Positions 26,072-37,247 of a stretch of 64,000 nucleotides of DNA are shown here, one piece after another (position 1 is the stretch's first letter; every line of letters begins with the position of its first letter). Location of the stretch: the NCBI GenBank assembly GCA_965285935.1, contig OZ260662.1, positions 88,970,001-89,034,000 on the forward strand, written 5' to 3'. The notes under the pieces were generated by a model that was not told the DNA's origin, ran no database searches, and saw only the letters and a program-made list of their open reading frames with translations. This stretch comes from Ophelia neglecta. Taxonomy: Eukaryota. Both the position numbers and the translations under genes were made by a program.

Positions 26072-29000
26072 GTGAGTACGGTAACTGGTATAATATTACC
26101 AATCAACGTAAGCATAAAGACTATATTTTTAATCATTAATAATAGAATAAATCTATATAACGCTTGCTATCGAGTGAAACATAGCATATGGTCGGCATAT
26201 TGTGTCCAATTGCTATGACCCCTCGGCCTGTCAACCATAACAATTGAGTTGATAGACTGTCACTATAGTGTACTCTTCATACCGTTTACCTAACATGCTC
26301 GTTAGAAGGAAAAAGATAGGCTTCCTGGCCTTCGGTACTTGTACCTCTCACCTAACCATCCACCCCGTTCCTCCATCCTTCCTCCCTCGAGACCCTTTCC
26401 TGTTCCCTATCACGACCTCACACTATTTTGTTGTCTATTAAAGCATGTATAGCAATAGGGCTTTTTTAAAGTGAAACAATCATTGACTCTCATTGAGTCT
26501 CACAGAGTTTCAAACAATCGTACGAAACCCCCATGTAAAATTATTATAATGTGTATATAGTAGTATATGTTATTACCCTTGACACTATTTAGAAGGGTGA
26601 CGCTAGGAGCGCTTGGCATATTAGATAAGACCCCATCAATCTGTTTGGCCCGAGTGTATGGCTAAGATATAGGCCATTTAATACCCGGTTCAGTACATTA
26701 TTGGCCTGGTTCTTTATATTAATAATAAATGTGCCAAATATGTAGTTTCAGAGCCAAGAGTAATTCAATGACTTAAGGCAATTCATATTTTGATTTATAT
26801 TATTGGCAATGATTTGTAGTCTTTATGGGGTAGTGCGAAGAAACTAAACACAATGAATTGCTGAAACAAATATAGGTCACTCTTTATTGTTTAATTTACT
26901 ATAAGCTATGTGTTAGTATGTCTTCTTCGTTCAGTATGACCTGCTGATTTGCATGGGGGTATGTACTGATAAGTCAATTAAAGTTAGACGAATGCAATGT
27001 AGGCCTATATAATTTAGGTTCAGATACAAGTTTGTCCCGGAAAATGAATAACTTATATCATCGATAAGTGGTTTTCTGTAAGAATGCTTTTTGGGAACAC
27101 TCATAAAAGAGAAATGTAATGTTCTATGTTAGTCGAGTCATTTCTCTAATTTTTTTTTCATTTGTATGTTTAAAGTAGGACATCATTTAAATTATGCGAG
27201 TTTTTGTGGATATTTTGAATATATAAGTGAGACCATTTTAATAATTTCGTTTGTTACAGTTTGTTTCTTTTTTTTTATATATCAACAAATATTGATTGAT
27301 TTGTGAAATTAGGCACTACTCGGCATTAAGAGACCTTCAGAAAAGTCCCACAAATCCACTCTCCGACAAATGAATTATTCATTTTCTACGTTCGAAGCCT
27401 TAAAGCTCTTTTCGATATAGAAAACATGCGTTTTATCTTCTTAGTCTTAAAATAAGGAAAATGCGGATCGTTGTATTTTGAAGACGGTCCTTTCAATATA
27501 GGAAATATGACAAGTTCATACATTTCAAGCTGAGTTCAATTCAGTCAGAACATTTTGCTTTCAAATTAGTCAGGAGTGCACAGATGATATGTATTAAGTA
27601 TAATGTTTATAGCCGATTATTTTTTTCTACCTGGCTTATTTATCCCATATCCTCTGCCATATAGCCGAGGCTCCATATTCTCTTTTTTCCAAGTATTCTT
27701 GACTAATCTTGATCATCCCACGAGGGCAGATTCGTCACATCCTTCTATAAATACACATCAGTGAGTGTCGGTTTAACCTAAGCAGCTTGCAGCCAGGTAT
27801 TAACTGGCTAATATCTTCCCGTGTTGGTACACAATAGGTGCGCATTTCCTGTTAACGAAGTTTGTAAAAGCCTGCAGGATTAGCCGTATAAAGCCTATAT
27901 ACATTTCGCTTGAAAAAGCTTTCTTGTCGTCGATTTCATTCTCTGGTCGAACTACTTACCTATATACGTGGTAGGCAAGCTATAGAATATGTATGGCTAT
28001 AAATGAACAGAAAGAGGAAGTACTATAGTCCTTTCATGAAGACACCACTGTTCAGTGCCTCTTAATTATAAGTCTCATTTATTCATACCTTGTCTTGTGC
28101 AGAGGAAACATCTATTATGAAGGATATTACGGTCACATTCATAAGCTGAGATTTTGCCTAGAGTAGAAAGGCTGCAAAAGTAACCATTGTACGTAATGAT
28201 GACTATATAGGGTTAAATTATGCCGCCGATATTACTCAGAAATCAAACAAATATTAATATTTATAATTACAATTATATATTATCTCTAAGACATCGATGC
28301 AAAATGTTCGTGTGTGCCAAATCATTTAGTAAAGAGGTTGCCAATTGAAATTGGTCTGTTTCTTCTTGGGAACATGGTTTCCTGCAGTCCCATGACCGAT
28401 TAAGCGGGCAACTCTCCATATCGTGGTTTATTCACAATGCTTAAATCAATAATGGTCGGCCTGGGGAAGTACAGGCTATTGAATAATTCATTGGTAATCA
28501 AAGCTGCAAGCAAAGATGCCTGTTATGATCAGCTGAATATGAGTTGACATCCACTTAGCAAAGACCCGGAAATCACAAATGTTGCTGGTTACATTGTCTT
28601 TTTAACTAGCTCTGTTCTATAGCAGCCGCTACGGACATAAATATGGAATCGAGAGACTTGCCGAAAGGTTATTTCAAACGAAATCTTCTCTATAAGTTAT
28701 GTGTCAGTCCCTGTAGGGAGTGTACGTATGAAAGTTTAAAACAGATCCAACACTATCACAGCCTTTTTTAAATAAAAACAGGTGCTATCTTGACTAGAGT
28801 AGGCCTTATACAATTCTCAGCACAACTTACAAGTATACCGGTGCAGCAGACGACATGGTTGCCTTGGCAATCTGACGGGAAGTCAGAGGATTTTTGTCGT
28901 GGAAGTAATTGAATTATAGACAAGTGATAACCTCGCCGGGATGGGATGTCTCTAGGGGAGAGTGTATCGGTAGTAGTCTCAATTAGACTTGTATAGACGC

Positions 29001-29785
29001 TATCTACAAGCGACATGTCATTGTCGTGCTATCGGACCACGATTCCCTCGTATCAGGGGACTGAATAAACGTCTATTGCTCTGATAGTCGAGTGAAACAG
29101 GGGCGGTCCAGATCAATACATGTACACTGTAAACACAATTTAGTCAACTCAACTATTAAAAATAAAGACAATTATTATGAGTCAAGTCAACAAATATATT
29201 AATAGTTAGATGAACCATTCTATTTAGTTGAATTAACTATAGGTTTTCTAGTTAACCACATTTAAAACTAGTTGTGTCCACTTGAAAAACTGGACAGTTT
29301 GTTGAGTTGGAGTGACTATATAAAATAAAGACAATTATTATGAGTCCAGTCAACTGTATATTCCTCGGTTATCCCAACTAACTGGGCTTTATTAATACTG
29401 AAAGGAAGACAGCTAATCACAAATAAGCACAACAATGGCAAACACTTCAATTTTTTAATGTCAGAACGAACAATATAACACATAAACGGATCAAATCTCT
29501 CTTGGGTATAAGATCGCCAATGCTTAATAATATCAAAATCTATAACTTTCTTTGTTCTTACACAAACCACTTTTAACTTTTCATAGACTAACACGACATA
29601 GCTTCACAAATTATATAGAAAGGTTATGGGTAAACTACACAAGCAATCTAACATAAAACCGATGATTATTACTTCCTTAAATACCGATGATTATTACTTT
29701 TTTAAGCCTAATCAAATACTGCGTGACAAATTTATAGTATTTAAATTTCACAAATAAGCACAGCAATGGCAAACTGTTAATTTTT

Positions 29786-31021
29786 TTAATGAACAAGATA
29801 ACACATAACACACATGTCTAGCAGGTGCATCTGAATGAATTCCATGGTCCTCTTACAGTCCTTAGAATATTCTAGGTTGACTGCATAGTGGAGAGAGAAG
29901 AAATAAGCATTGGCATCATCTATAGCATCCACTTCATCTATGATAATTTCTTTCTCCGCCACGATCACAAACAATACCTCCCCAACCTGGGCAAGGTAAG
30001 CTCCATCCTGTACCATGATGGACTCCTCACTCCACTCTGTAATGGGACAATAGTGAGAGGCGGCTACTTTGTGCACTGCCACAGAGCTTGCAGGACAAGG
30101 TTGGTCCAGCCTGAAAAATTGACAAAATGATTAGTAACAAATAATTCAAATTACAAAATGAGCTTCATTCACAATTAGTAAACTTACATGTTGTTTGAGC
30201 GTTGAATTGAGGAGGATACCTAGTTACCCAACCATAAATAAAACTTTAGTGTATTAATATCTCTAGTACTGGGGCATAAAGTACCCGTTTAGCACATACA
30301 ATGATATTATGGGCAATATGGCCAAAATAATAGGCGCACTTTCAAAGAAAATCTCTTTGAAATTTCTTTTTTTTCTGGAGTCTCTTTGCCTGTGGAAGTG
30401 ACCCCCCCCCCCCCCCCCAACAACAAAAAATTCCCAGGGCTCAGCTCCAGATCTATGTGCAAATGTTAAAGGCTAGGCGCCCCTGAGCTGTTGAAAACTC
30501 AAAAAAAGTTCATTAAATTTATCTTGCGTGCTTATAAAACAGATTAACTGGAAGCACTTGCCTTCCCAGGGGCTCGATCTAGGTAACAGAAGGGTGGGGG
30601 CATTTTGACAGACATGTAATTTACAATTTATCCTTTAGGAGCACTGAAACTGAAAGTTATAGCTGATAGGCCTAGAGATTTCCAACTAAAACACCAAACA
30701 AATACAAGGAATTTTCGGAGCACACAATAAAATACCCGAGCCCTCTAAAGCTTAACAAGACCAGTCTACACAATTAAATGGTACCCCAGTCACACTGTCT
30801 TCAAGTGTGCCAGCACGCCCGCCCGGCGGCATGGCAGCTGAAGGCAGGGCATGACCATAGCCTGGGCCTAGCCTACATCGGAGCTCATCACGAAAATATG
30901 TCATATGCGATCACAAGAAGTTAATAAACAAAACTGAATAGTTACTTTAAACATAAACTTTGATTTGGGGGCACAAATGATGGAAATGTTCGGAGAAATT
31001 TGCTTCACTTACCTCCGCCAT
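29786..31021 (-). CDS. Putative 3-exon transposon-borne mini-gene (31021-31013, 30219-30188, 30110-29786), about 121 aa; C-terminus resembles animal EnSpm accessory / SAMD3-like proteins
   Basis: ATG GCG GAG|GTAAGT; ctAG|32-nt exon|GTAAGT; ttttcAG|exon 3. All junctions are in frame: MAE-VSSSIQRSNNM-LDQPCPASSVAVHK...VIVAEKEIIIDEVDAIDDANAYFFSLHYAVNLEYSKDCKRTMEFIQMHLL. The F.L.Y..NL.Y.K...T.EFIQ..L motif is recalled from SAMD3-like C-termini. Confidence 0.65.
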
Positions 31022-31040
31022 TTGCATTTGAAGCCGTTAC

Positions 31041-31070
31041 TGACGTCAGCTAAAGTCCCGGATGACGTCA
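31041..31070. promoter_or_regulatory. Tandem full CRE sites upstream of the transposon mini-gene
   Basis: TGACGTCA at 31041-31048 and 31063-31070, 22 bp apart, 20-50 bp upstream of a YY1-like AAATGGCGG start on the - strand. Confidence 0.6.
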
Positions 31071-32649
31071 GGTTCACTTGACTCATCTTGGATGGTTCAG
31101 TTAACTTGAATGGATGTTAGTTGAGTTGACATGGCGAAATTATCCACTTAACTTATTATCGGATAGTTGAGTTAACGTGAATGAAAAATTAGTTGAGTTG
31201 ACCTGTAATCATGCAGTTGAATCGCCAATTTTAGTTTTGCCAGTTAGCACAACTTAATAAAAGATAGTAAGGCTAACATTTGTGTTTACAGTGATATATA
31301 GATGTCATGTGATGTCGCGTTTATGTGTGGTGTTATAAGAGAACACGCCAGAAATTGTCCATTGCTAATAAGTACTTGCAATAACGTTCCATATGAAGGC
31401 AGCGTGACGGCTAAAAAAGTGTTTTCCTCTCATGGACAAACCGACTCACAATGGGTATTTCTTCCTCTTAAATCAAACGCAATTTAGATTACCCCATTAT
31501 GTTTTCATTGTACTGGAGGCAGAGTTTATCCCCATTGCAAAGTTCAGTTGTTTTAATCAGTATATATTCGCTCAGTATATGTGAGCAGGGTGTGTATTTA
31601 TCACTGAAATGTACTCTATTAGTGGTGGAATATGATATAAAACTAGAGATAGTCGGGTTTAGGGCTGTGGCCGTGTCGCCAGGGGCCCATTGCCATTCCA
31701 CTCGTCTCCTCGGTGTCAGAGGGCCGCGACTCACTCTCAATACATTCCGGTTATAGCCGAGATACCATCTAGTCGTCTACCATCTGACAGCCAGCCCAAT
31801 TCCGCAGTATTCAGCTTCATTTGGTGATGATTCTAGGTACAATTTTAATCAATTGAAGCACAGTAGAAGAGTAAAGCACTTTGAAGTGTTCCATTTTCAT
31901 TCAAAGGTCTAACTTGCTTATTTGCTTAAATGAAATTCACCCACCCTCATCCCCTCCCCCCCCCCCCCCCCCCGCTGCTTTTACGAACTCAAATAGGAAA
32001 TAAGCAGAGAGTGCAGGATCGGAAAGTTTAAGTTCCTATTTGTTCACAATGATTGCGTTTATGGTGTTCAATAAGAGAGCATGACTGCTGAAAGGAGAGG
32101 AAAATCGGGTCTTATTTCGATTCCTTAAGCCACGCATAACTTCGTCGTTTCAAGAATAAGATAGTAGGCGCAAAATGAAAGGAGCTTTCCTCTCTTTTTT
32201 ATAGCAGAATCCGTGGTCAATACATAACTGCTGTGAATGGCACTGCCTGAAATGGTAGGCTTTAATCTGTGTTCACTCTGTACTGTCTATCTGCAAAAGT
32301 TCCCTTGCATTGATGTAAATACACAGCCAATATCGTCATACTGCTGTGACGGATGTGTATATAAGGATGTAATAAGGTGACGGGAGTGCCCTCTTGGTGA
32401 GCTGAAGCCTCTTAATCCTAAGACTTGTGTTTGACGGTTCCTTGTCCAATGAGAGCATCGAACATCGAATCACATACAGGCCTTCAAATTTCATATATGA
32501 CAAATATTAAGAAAATGTTTGTTATGATTATTTTTTTTCTTAAGAAGCGGTATTTGATTTAATCTGATCATTGTGAGAAAAATGACAAACTTATTCTAAA
32601 AGACCCTTTTTTAAGCTGTTTAGCACGGCATTAAATCATTCATTTTTTA

Positions 32650-32700
32650 GGTTCATTGCTGACATGGACCGCGCGTTACCATGATAAAAATGGCCGTCGC
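32650..32700. mobile_element. Half-copy remnant of the Transib-like MITE family
   Basis: 32670-32700 is 27/31 identical to the reverse complement of 35052-35082. Confidence 0.65.
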
Positions 32701-33280
32701 GACCCTTTAGCTCAGAATTCCAATTTTCTACTATAATTTCACAAGTGTAATCACAATTAAGGTGCACCATGTCTCAATAAAACTTTTTTATTGACACACC
32801 ACATGATTGTATTAAAATCAGGTCAGTAGCAGAACATAAGGCACAGAATATCAAATGCGATTATTGAAACACGGAGACGGATACGATGTAGTGGCTACTT
32901 TCGACTTATCGTGATGCCATGATATTTTTTTTACTGCTCGACTGCTGCATTATGTGATTTAACTTCCTTCTAAAATTGGACATTGGCGTCGGTATGTGCT
33001 TGGCCAGCTTTTATTTCTGTAGCTAGCAAAATAATACAAGTGTCATTTTTCTGTGTCCAACTTGTTGGCTGCTATTTTTTTTCCTGGTAACCCGCGTTGC
33101 CTTTACTAAATAAGCATTCTGAAATAGATCTATACGAAGATATCCATAACATCCAAGAAATTAACATAAATGTCTTCTTATGCCGGAATAATACTCTATG
33201 TTAAAGACTTATTGATATTCTTTTTCTGTTAATAATTCTATTATGTTGGCAAGTCTTTCATTTTTGCTTCTTGGTTGCAG

Positions 33281-33396
33281 CGACCCAAATAAGCCCCTAC
33301 CTCAGGAATCAATTCACGGTGGCCGTGTCAAGAACCGCTTCTCCGAGTTGTCTTGGCCAGTGTTCAACAACGAGAAGCAGGAATATCTTCATATCG
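33281..33396 (+). CDS. NLGN: Neuroligin coding exon (DPN...YLHIG)
   Basis: ttgcAG| ... ATCG|GTGAGA; 116 nt, phase 2-1. Translates to (G)DPNKPLPQESIHGGRVKNRFSELSWPVFNNEKQEYLHI(G), homologous to vertebrate GDPNQPVPQD...NRFEEVAW..Y....QLYLHIG. Confidence 0.95.
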
Positions 33397-34973
33397 GTGA
33401 GAAACTATACTGTTTTAGTGTAGTAGATTAATTTTGTTGAAATAAGGCCCCTCCCCTGGGTATTTTCCAATCTGGAATATGTAAGCTGCCATTGTTGTAT
33501 ACACAAAACACTATATATTAGGATACATTTTCTCAATAGATTGTTATTTAAAATGATCTGCAGTTCTTATTGTATTTGTAACCGTTCCTGTACTTATTTT
33601 TTTCAACTTCACAAACAGGTTACGTCTCTCTTTCAGGGAAAGGTATAAATACTCATTGTCAAGCGACCATGACTTTGTTAGAATAAGTATACTCAGAGCA
33701 TGCTGGCATGGCCTCAATGTATTGCTATACATACTAAATTTAGAATAGGACAGTTGCACTAAGACCCTACTAATCTGCTCCTTGGAATTGAGTCCTGGTC
33801 AGACAAATCGAGCGGTTAGGCTGCGGAGCAAACGCGGTTTTTTTACGGGCGGGCATGGCTTCCCGGGAGAACCCTCGGTATCGCCGCAATTTAATTGCTC
33901 GTCTCCCTTGGCTAGTACTGTATAAAGTCCATTTCGTCATGCTTATTAAAAGTCTTATTATAAGAAAATTAGCCCCACGATAATTTTGTGATAAATCAGT
34001 TGATTTCGTCTCAATTGCAATGAATTAAGTGAAATTTAGTGGCGAACATTCAAAGTTGCCATCGTGAATAAATACCATGGTGAAACATGCACTAGAGTGT
34101 ACCTAAGGGATTGTCATAGTGTGCTCTTCACAGCAAAACCGTGGCGTTCATTTGGTTTTACTCTAGTTGAACCGTTTTTAATGTTCTTATCACACCGACT
34201 TGTCGGATTGAGTGTTGGTAGTATTTGATGGGAGGATTGATGACAACTTGACTGTGAGAACTTCATCTAATTCGGCCCTCGCGCGTCAAAGCACACCACG
34301 CAAAGTTATAGTTTACACCGGAATAAAGTACTGAAGTCAACGGAACATCGCATGCCGGCACCGCAAAATGGCGCTCAGCTTGAGTAGAGGCAGCTCAGCT
34401 TTATCACTCAAATCAGTCCTAAATGGTTTATTTCAAAATGATAAGATTTTTGTTAGAATAGCTTTGCATAAATAAGATATTAATTATGTTTGAAAAAATA
34501 AAATTGCAATTGGCTTTACCCTAATGATTAATCAATATAGTTAATGCCGATGCCTGATACAAATGTGTTTGGATGTTTGAACCTTCATCATAAATGCATG
34601 AGCACAGAAAATTACATTGCAGTTCCATTAATCGACTGATAAAGCAATGAATAAATACTACATGTGTAATTGCAAAGCTATTGCTTTGTAACATAAGTAC
34701 CTCGATCAATCCCTAGGTGTTGGCCTGTGGAAAAAAAATTCTAGTGAGAGAGAACTCTTTAAAACTGGGTAAATTGTCAGCAGGATTGCCAGGGGAACTT
34801 GGCAAGCAATACAGCGTGCTCCTAAAAACATGTCTATCCGTTTGTGTAGGTAATATTGTTTATTATCTAAAGTCAAATTGTTATCAAATGCTCAGTAACG
34901 CCGATACAATAAGTGGTCAATAATTAAAAAAAATATTTCCTAGATAGTCTGATTTAATTAGGTCGGTCAACTG

Positions 34974-35108
34974 CACAGTGCTTCATCGGCTGTTTGTAAC
35001 GCGCGTTACCATCAAGGAAAATGGCGGCGTTGGTACGCCGCCATCATATGTGCGACGGCCATTTACCTCTTGGTAACGCGCGTTACCAATAGCCGATAAT
35101 GCACTGTG
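34974..35108. mobile_element. Transib/RAG-like non-autonomous element (MITE), 135 bp
   Basis: Termini CACAGTG...CACTGTG, imperfect TIRs of about 55 bp, and an exact 5-bp TSD AACTG (34969-34973 and 35109-35113). CAC[AT][AG]TG ends with a 5-bp TSD are the Transib/ProtoRAG signature. Confidence 0.82.
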
Positions 35109-37247
35109 AACTGGGTACTGATACCTGAAATTCTCTATTTTATCTTTTACCTGGCCCAGTGTCCCGTCAGGAATTAGATAGAGCAATGGCTTGGTTGGCA
35201 CAATAGGCGAAAAGCGTCTGTCCTTAAAGTAACCGTGGACATCCTGAGGCGCCTAGCAACCATCGCAGACGACAACACGAACGCTGGAATCATAACTGGG
35301 TTCGGGGTTTTTGCCGTCGGAAAACTAGTGCATAATAGAATAACGGATGCTTATTTTTAACGAGCCGAAACTGTTTAATAGCACAGTAATAATCTGTTTA
35401 TTTCCAATGCTTACATAGACCATGAATATATCTCACAATACAATTTAGTATCGAAGCTTAAATATAGAGGCGGGCAGGTATTCTGGAACGCTCTGTGCAT
35501 AGAGTACCAGAAGTAACTATATACTGTTCATTGGTAAAAAGAAAATTATATATTTGATCGTCATATTAATACGTCCTTGTATAGAATTACTGTTTGTTTG
35601 TAATGTAAGATGAGCAAATGTGTGAAAACGTCAATATACACAGAAATATCCATTCTATCCCCTAAACCCAAGCATACACATTCAACCTTTTTAGCAATAT
35701 TAGACTGTGTCAAAAATGACAATAAGGACAATTTAGGTTTTCAGTAGCGTCCTTTAAAACATTGTTGATTTGCGGTAAATTGAACAAAAGGCAGTTCATT
35801 GTCAAAAGTTAAGTCCTTTTGTGCAGACTATAACTTGATCGTATATTAATTAATTATCCAAAATGACAATGCAAAATGAGCAGAGGACGTTAAAATTGTT
35901 CAGATGACCCATGCTTTTCACATATAACCTGCGTTGTCACAGCAATCTGTACTTATTTGTTCCTTTATTGGTGGCTCTCCGTTGGGGTGGTCTAACAGGC
36001 CCCGGTCCATTTCTGCCCCAACTTTCACCCTACAGTCTCGCGATGGCGGTTAAACCAAGCCTGCATGACGTTTTGAATGATTACGATTTACTTGGGCGGT
36101 TTCCCACTGTACTATAATTATTATTACAGCTAATTTGACTCTGCAATGCATCGCTCTTAGAACCAATGAACAACATGGCCCCCGTGAACCACATTAATAT
36201 CGCTTTACCTAAAAAGTATAACCTTGTTTACAAATAAATAAACGTGCAATAAGATTTGAACTTCCTTAAAACTTTGTCCACAGGGCGTACGTTGTACTAA
36301 GATAACTTGGTGGTTTTTTGTATCCTGATTATGACAAAGCTTACTAGTTTCAATCTGCAGGGCTCAGAACTCTAGGCCAGTGATTAACACACCAAGGTGC
36401 CTTCTGTTAAAATTAGACAGAAACTCAGTCATGCATTAACAAACGCCAAAAGTCTTGAAGTATAAACTCCGAATGTGGGTTTTATCGGAATATTGCTCAA
36501 CAGGGTTGGGAAGTTTACTGTTAGAAACTCTAAATCATATCTTTTACAAATTAACAGAGATGACGTAAAGCCCTTCCATCTAATCAATTATATATTTAAT
36601 ATAGGTAAATCGGAAAACATTTAACGAAACATTTACTGAAATCATTATAAATACAACTTTTTGGGTGGTCCCAAGATGCATTGATTTCAAAACTTGCTCA
36701 GCAGTGTTTTTTGCGTTGAACTGCTTCAAGTGAGTGATGATGCATGCTTTAGATGGCGGCAAGACGGGAAATTATTGTGAAGGCTTCTTTTACAATTATT
36801 GCACACTAATCTCACTAACTTTGATAAAAAATTATAATAAATTTAACGTTACCATTATGTACCTAAAGTTATTCTCATCAATTCATCTATAACAATTTGA
36901 TCCTTAGGATAATTAAAAGGAAAAACGTTCAATAATATGCCTTGGTTTTTGAACATGCCAAAATCTAAATTAAATGCTCAAATGGTAAATGCATGACAGG
37001 CTTTGATTTGAGACCACCTAGAAGATTGACCTAGATGGTGTCCTTTATAATGTGGTTTTAATGTCATTGGTTAACGCAAATCGTAACTTGGATGACGTCA
37101 CATGGTACACTGCCTGCCGCCATAGTATAGTTAGCCGTCTAGGTCCACCCTCTAGGTCCCTAATCCGAGTCTTACATGCATTCAGTACTATTTGTTTTTG
37201 ATTTTTATCGGGAGATGTTGGCCTTATCATGTTTTCGCCTGTTTCAG

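Larger units (their letters stand above)
29125..31293 (-). mobile_element. Non-autonomous CACTA/EnSpm-type DNA transposon (2169 bp)
   Basis: Perfect 14-bp TIRs CACTGTAAACACAA...TTGTGTTTACAGTG. Arrays of subterminal (A)GTTGAGTTGAC/GTCAACTCAACT repeats at both ends. No transposase ORF. Flanks are TA on the left and AT on the right, so no clean TSD. Confidence 0.88.

Noticed and set aside
26072-26151. Intronic polyadenylation giving secreted neuroligin (TGA right after the donor, AATAAA at 26146)
   Set aside because: GTGA donors and AATAAA in AT-rich introns are common, and the truncation would cut the esterase-like fold. No supporting evidence.
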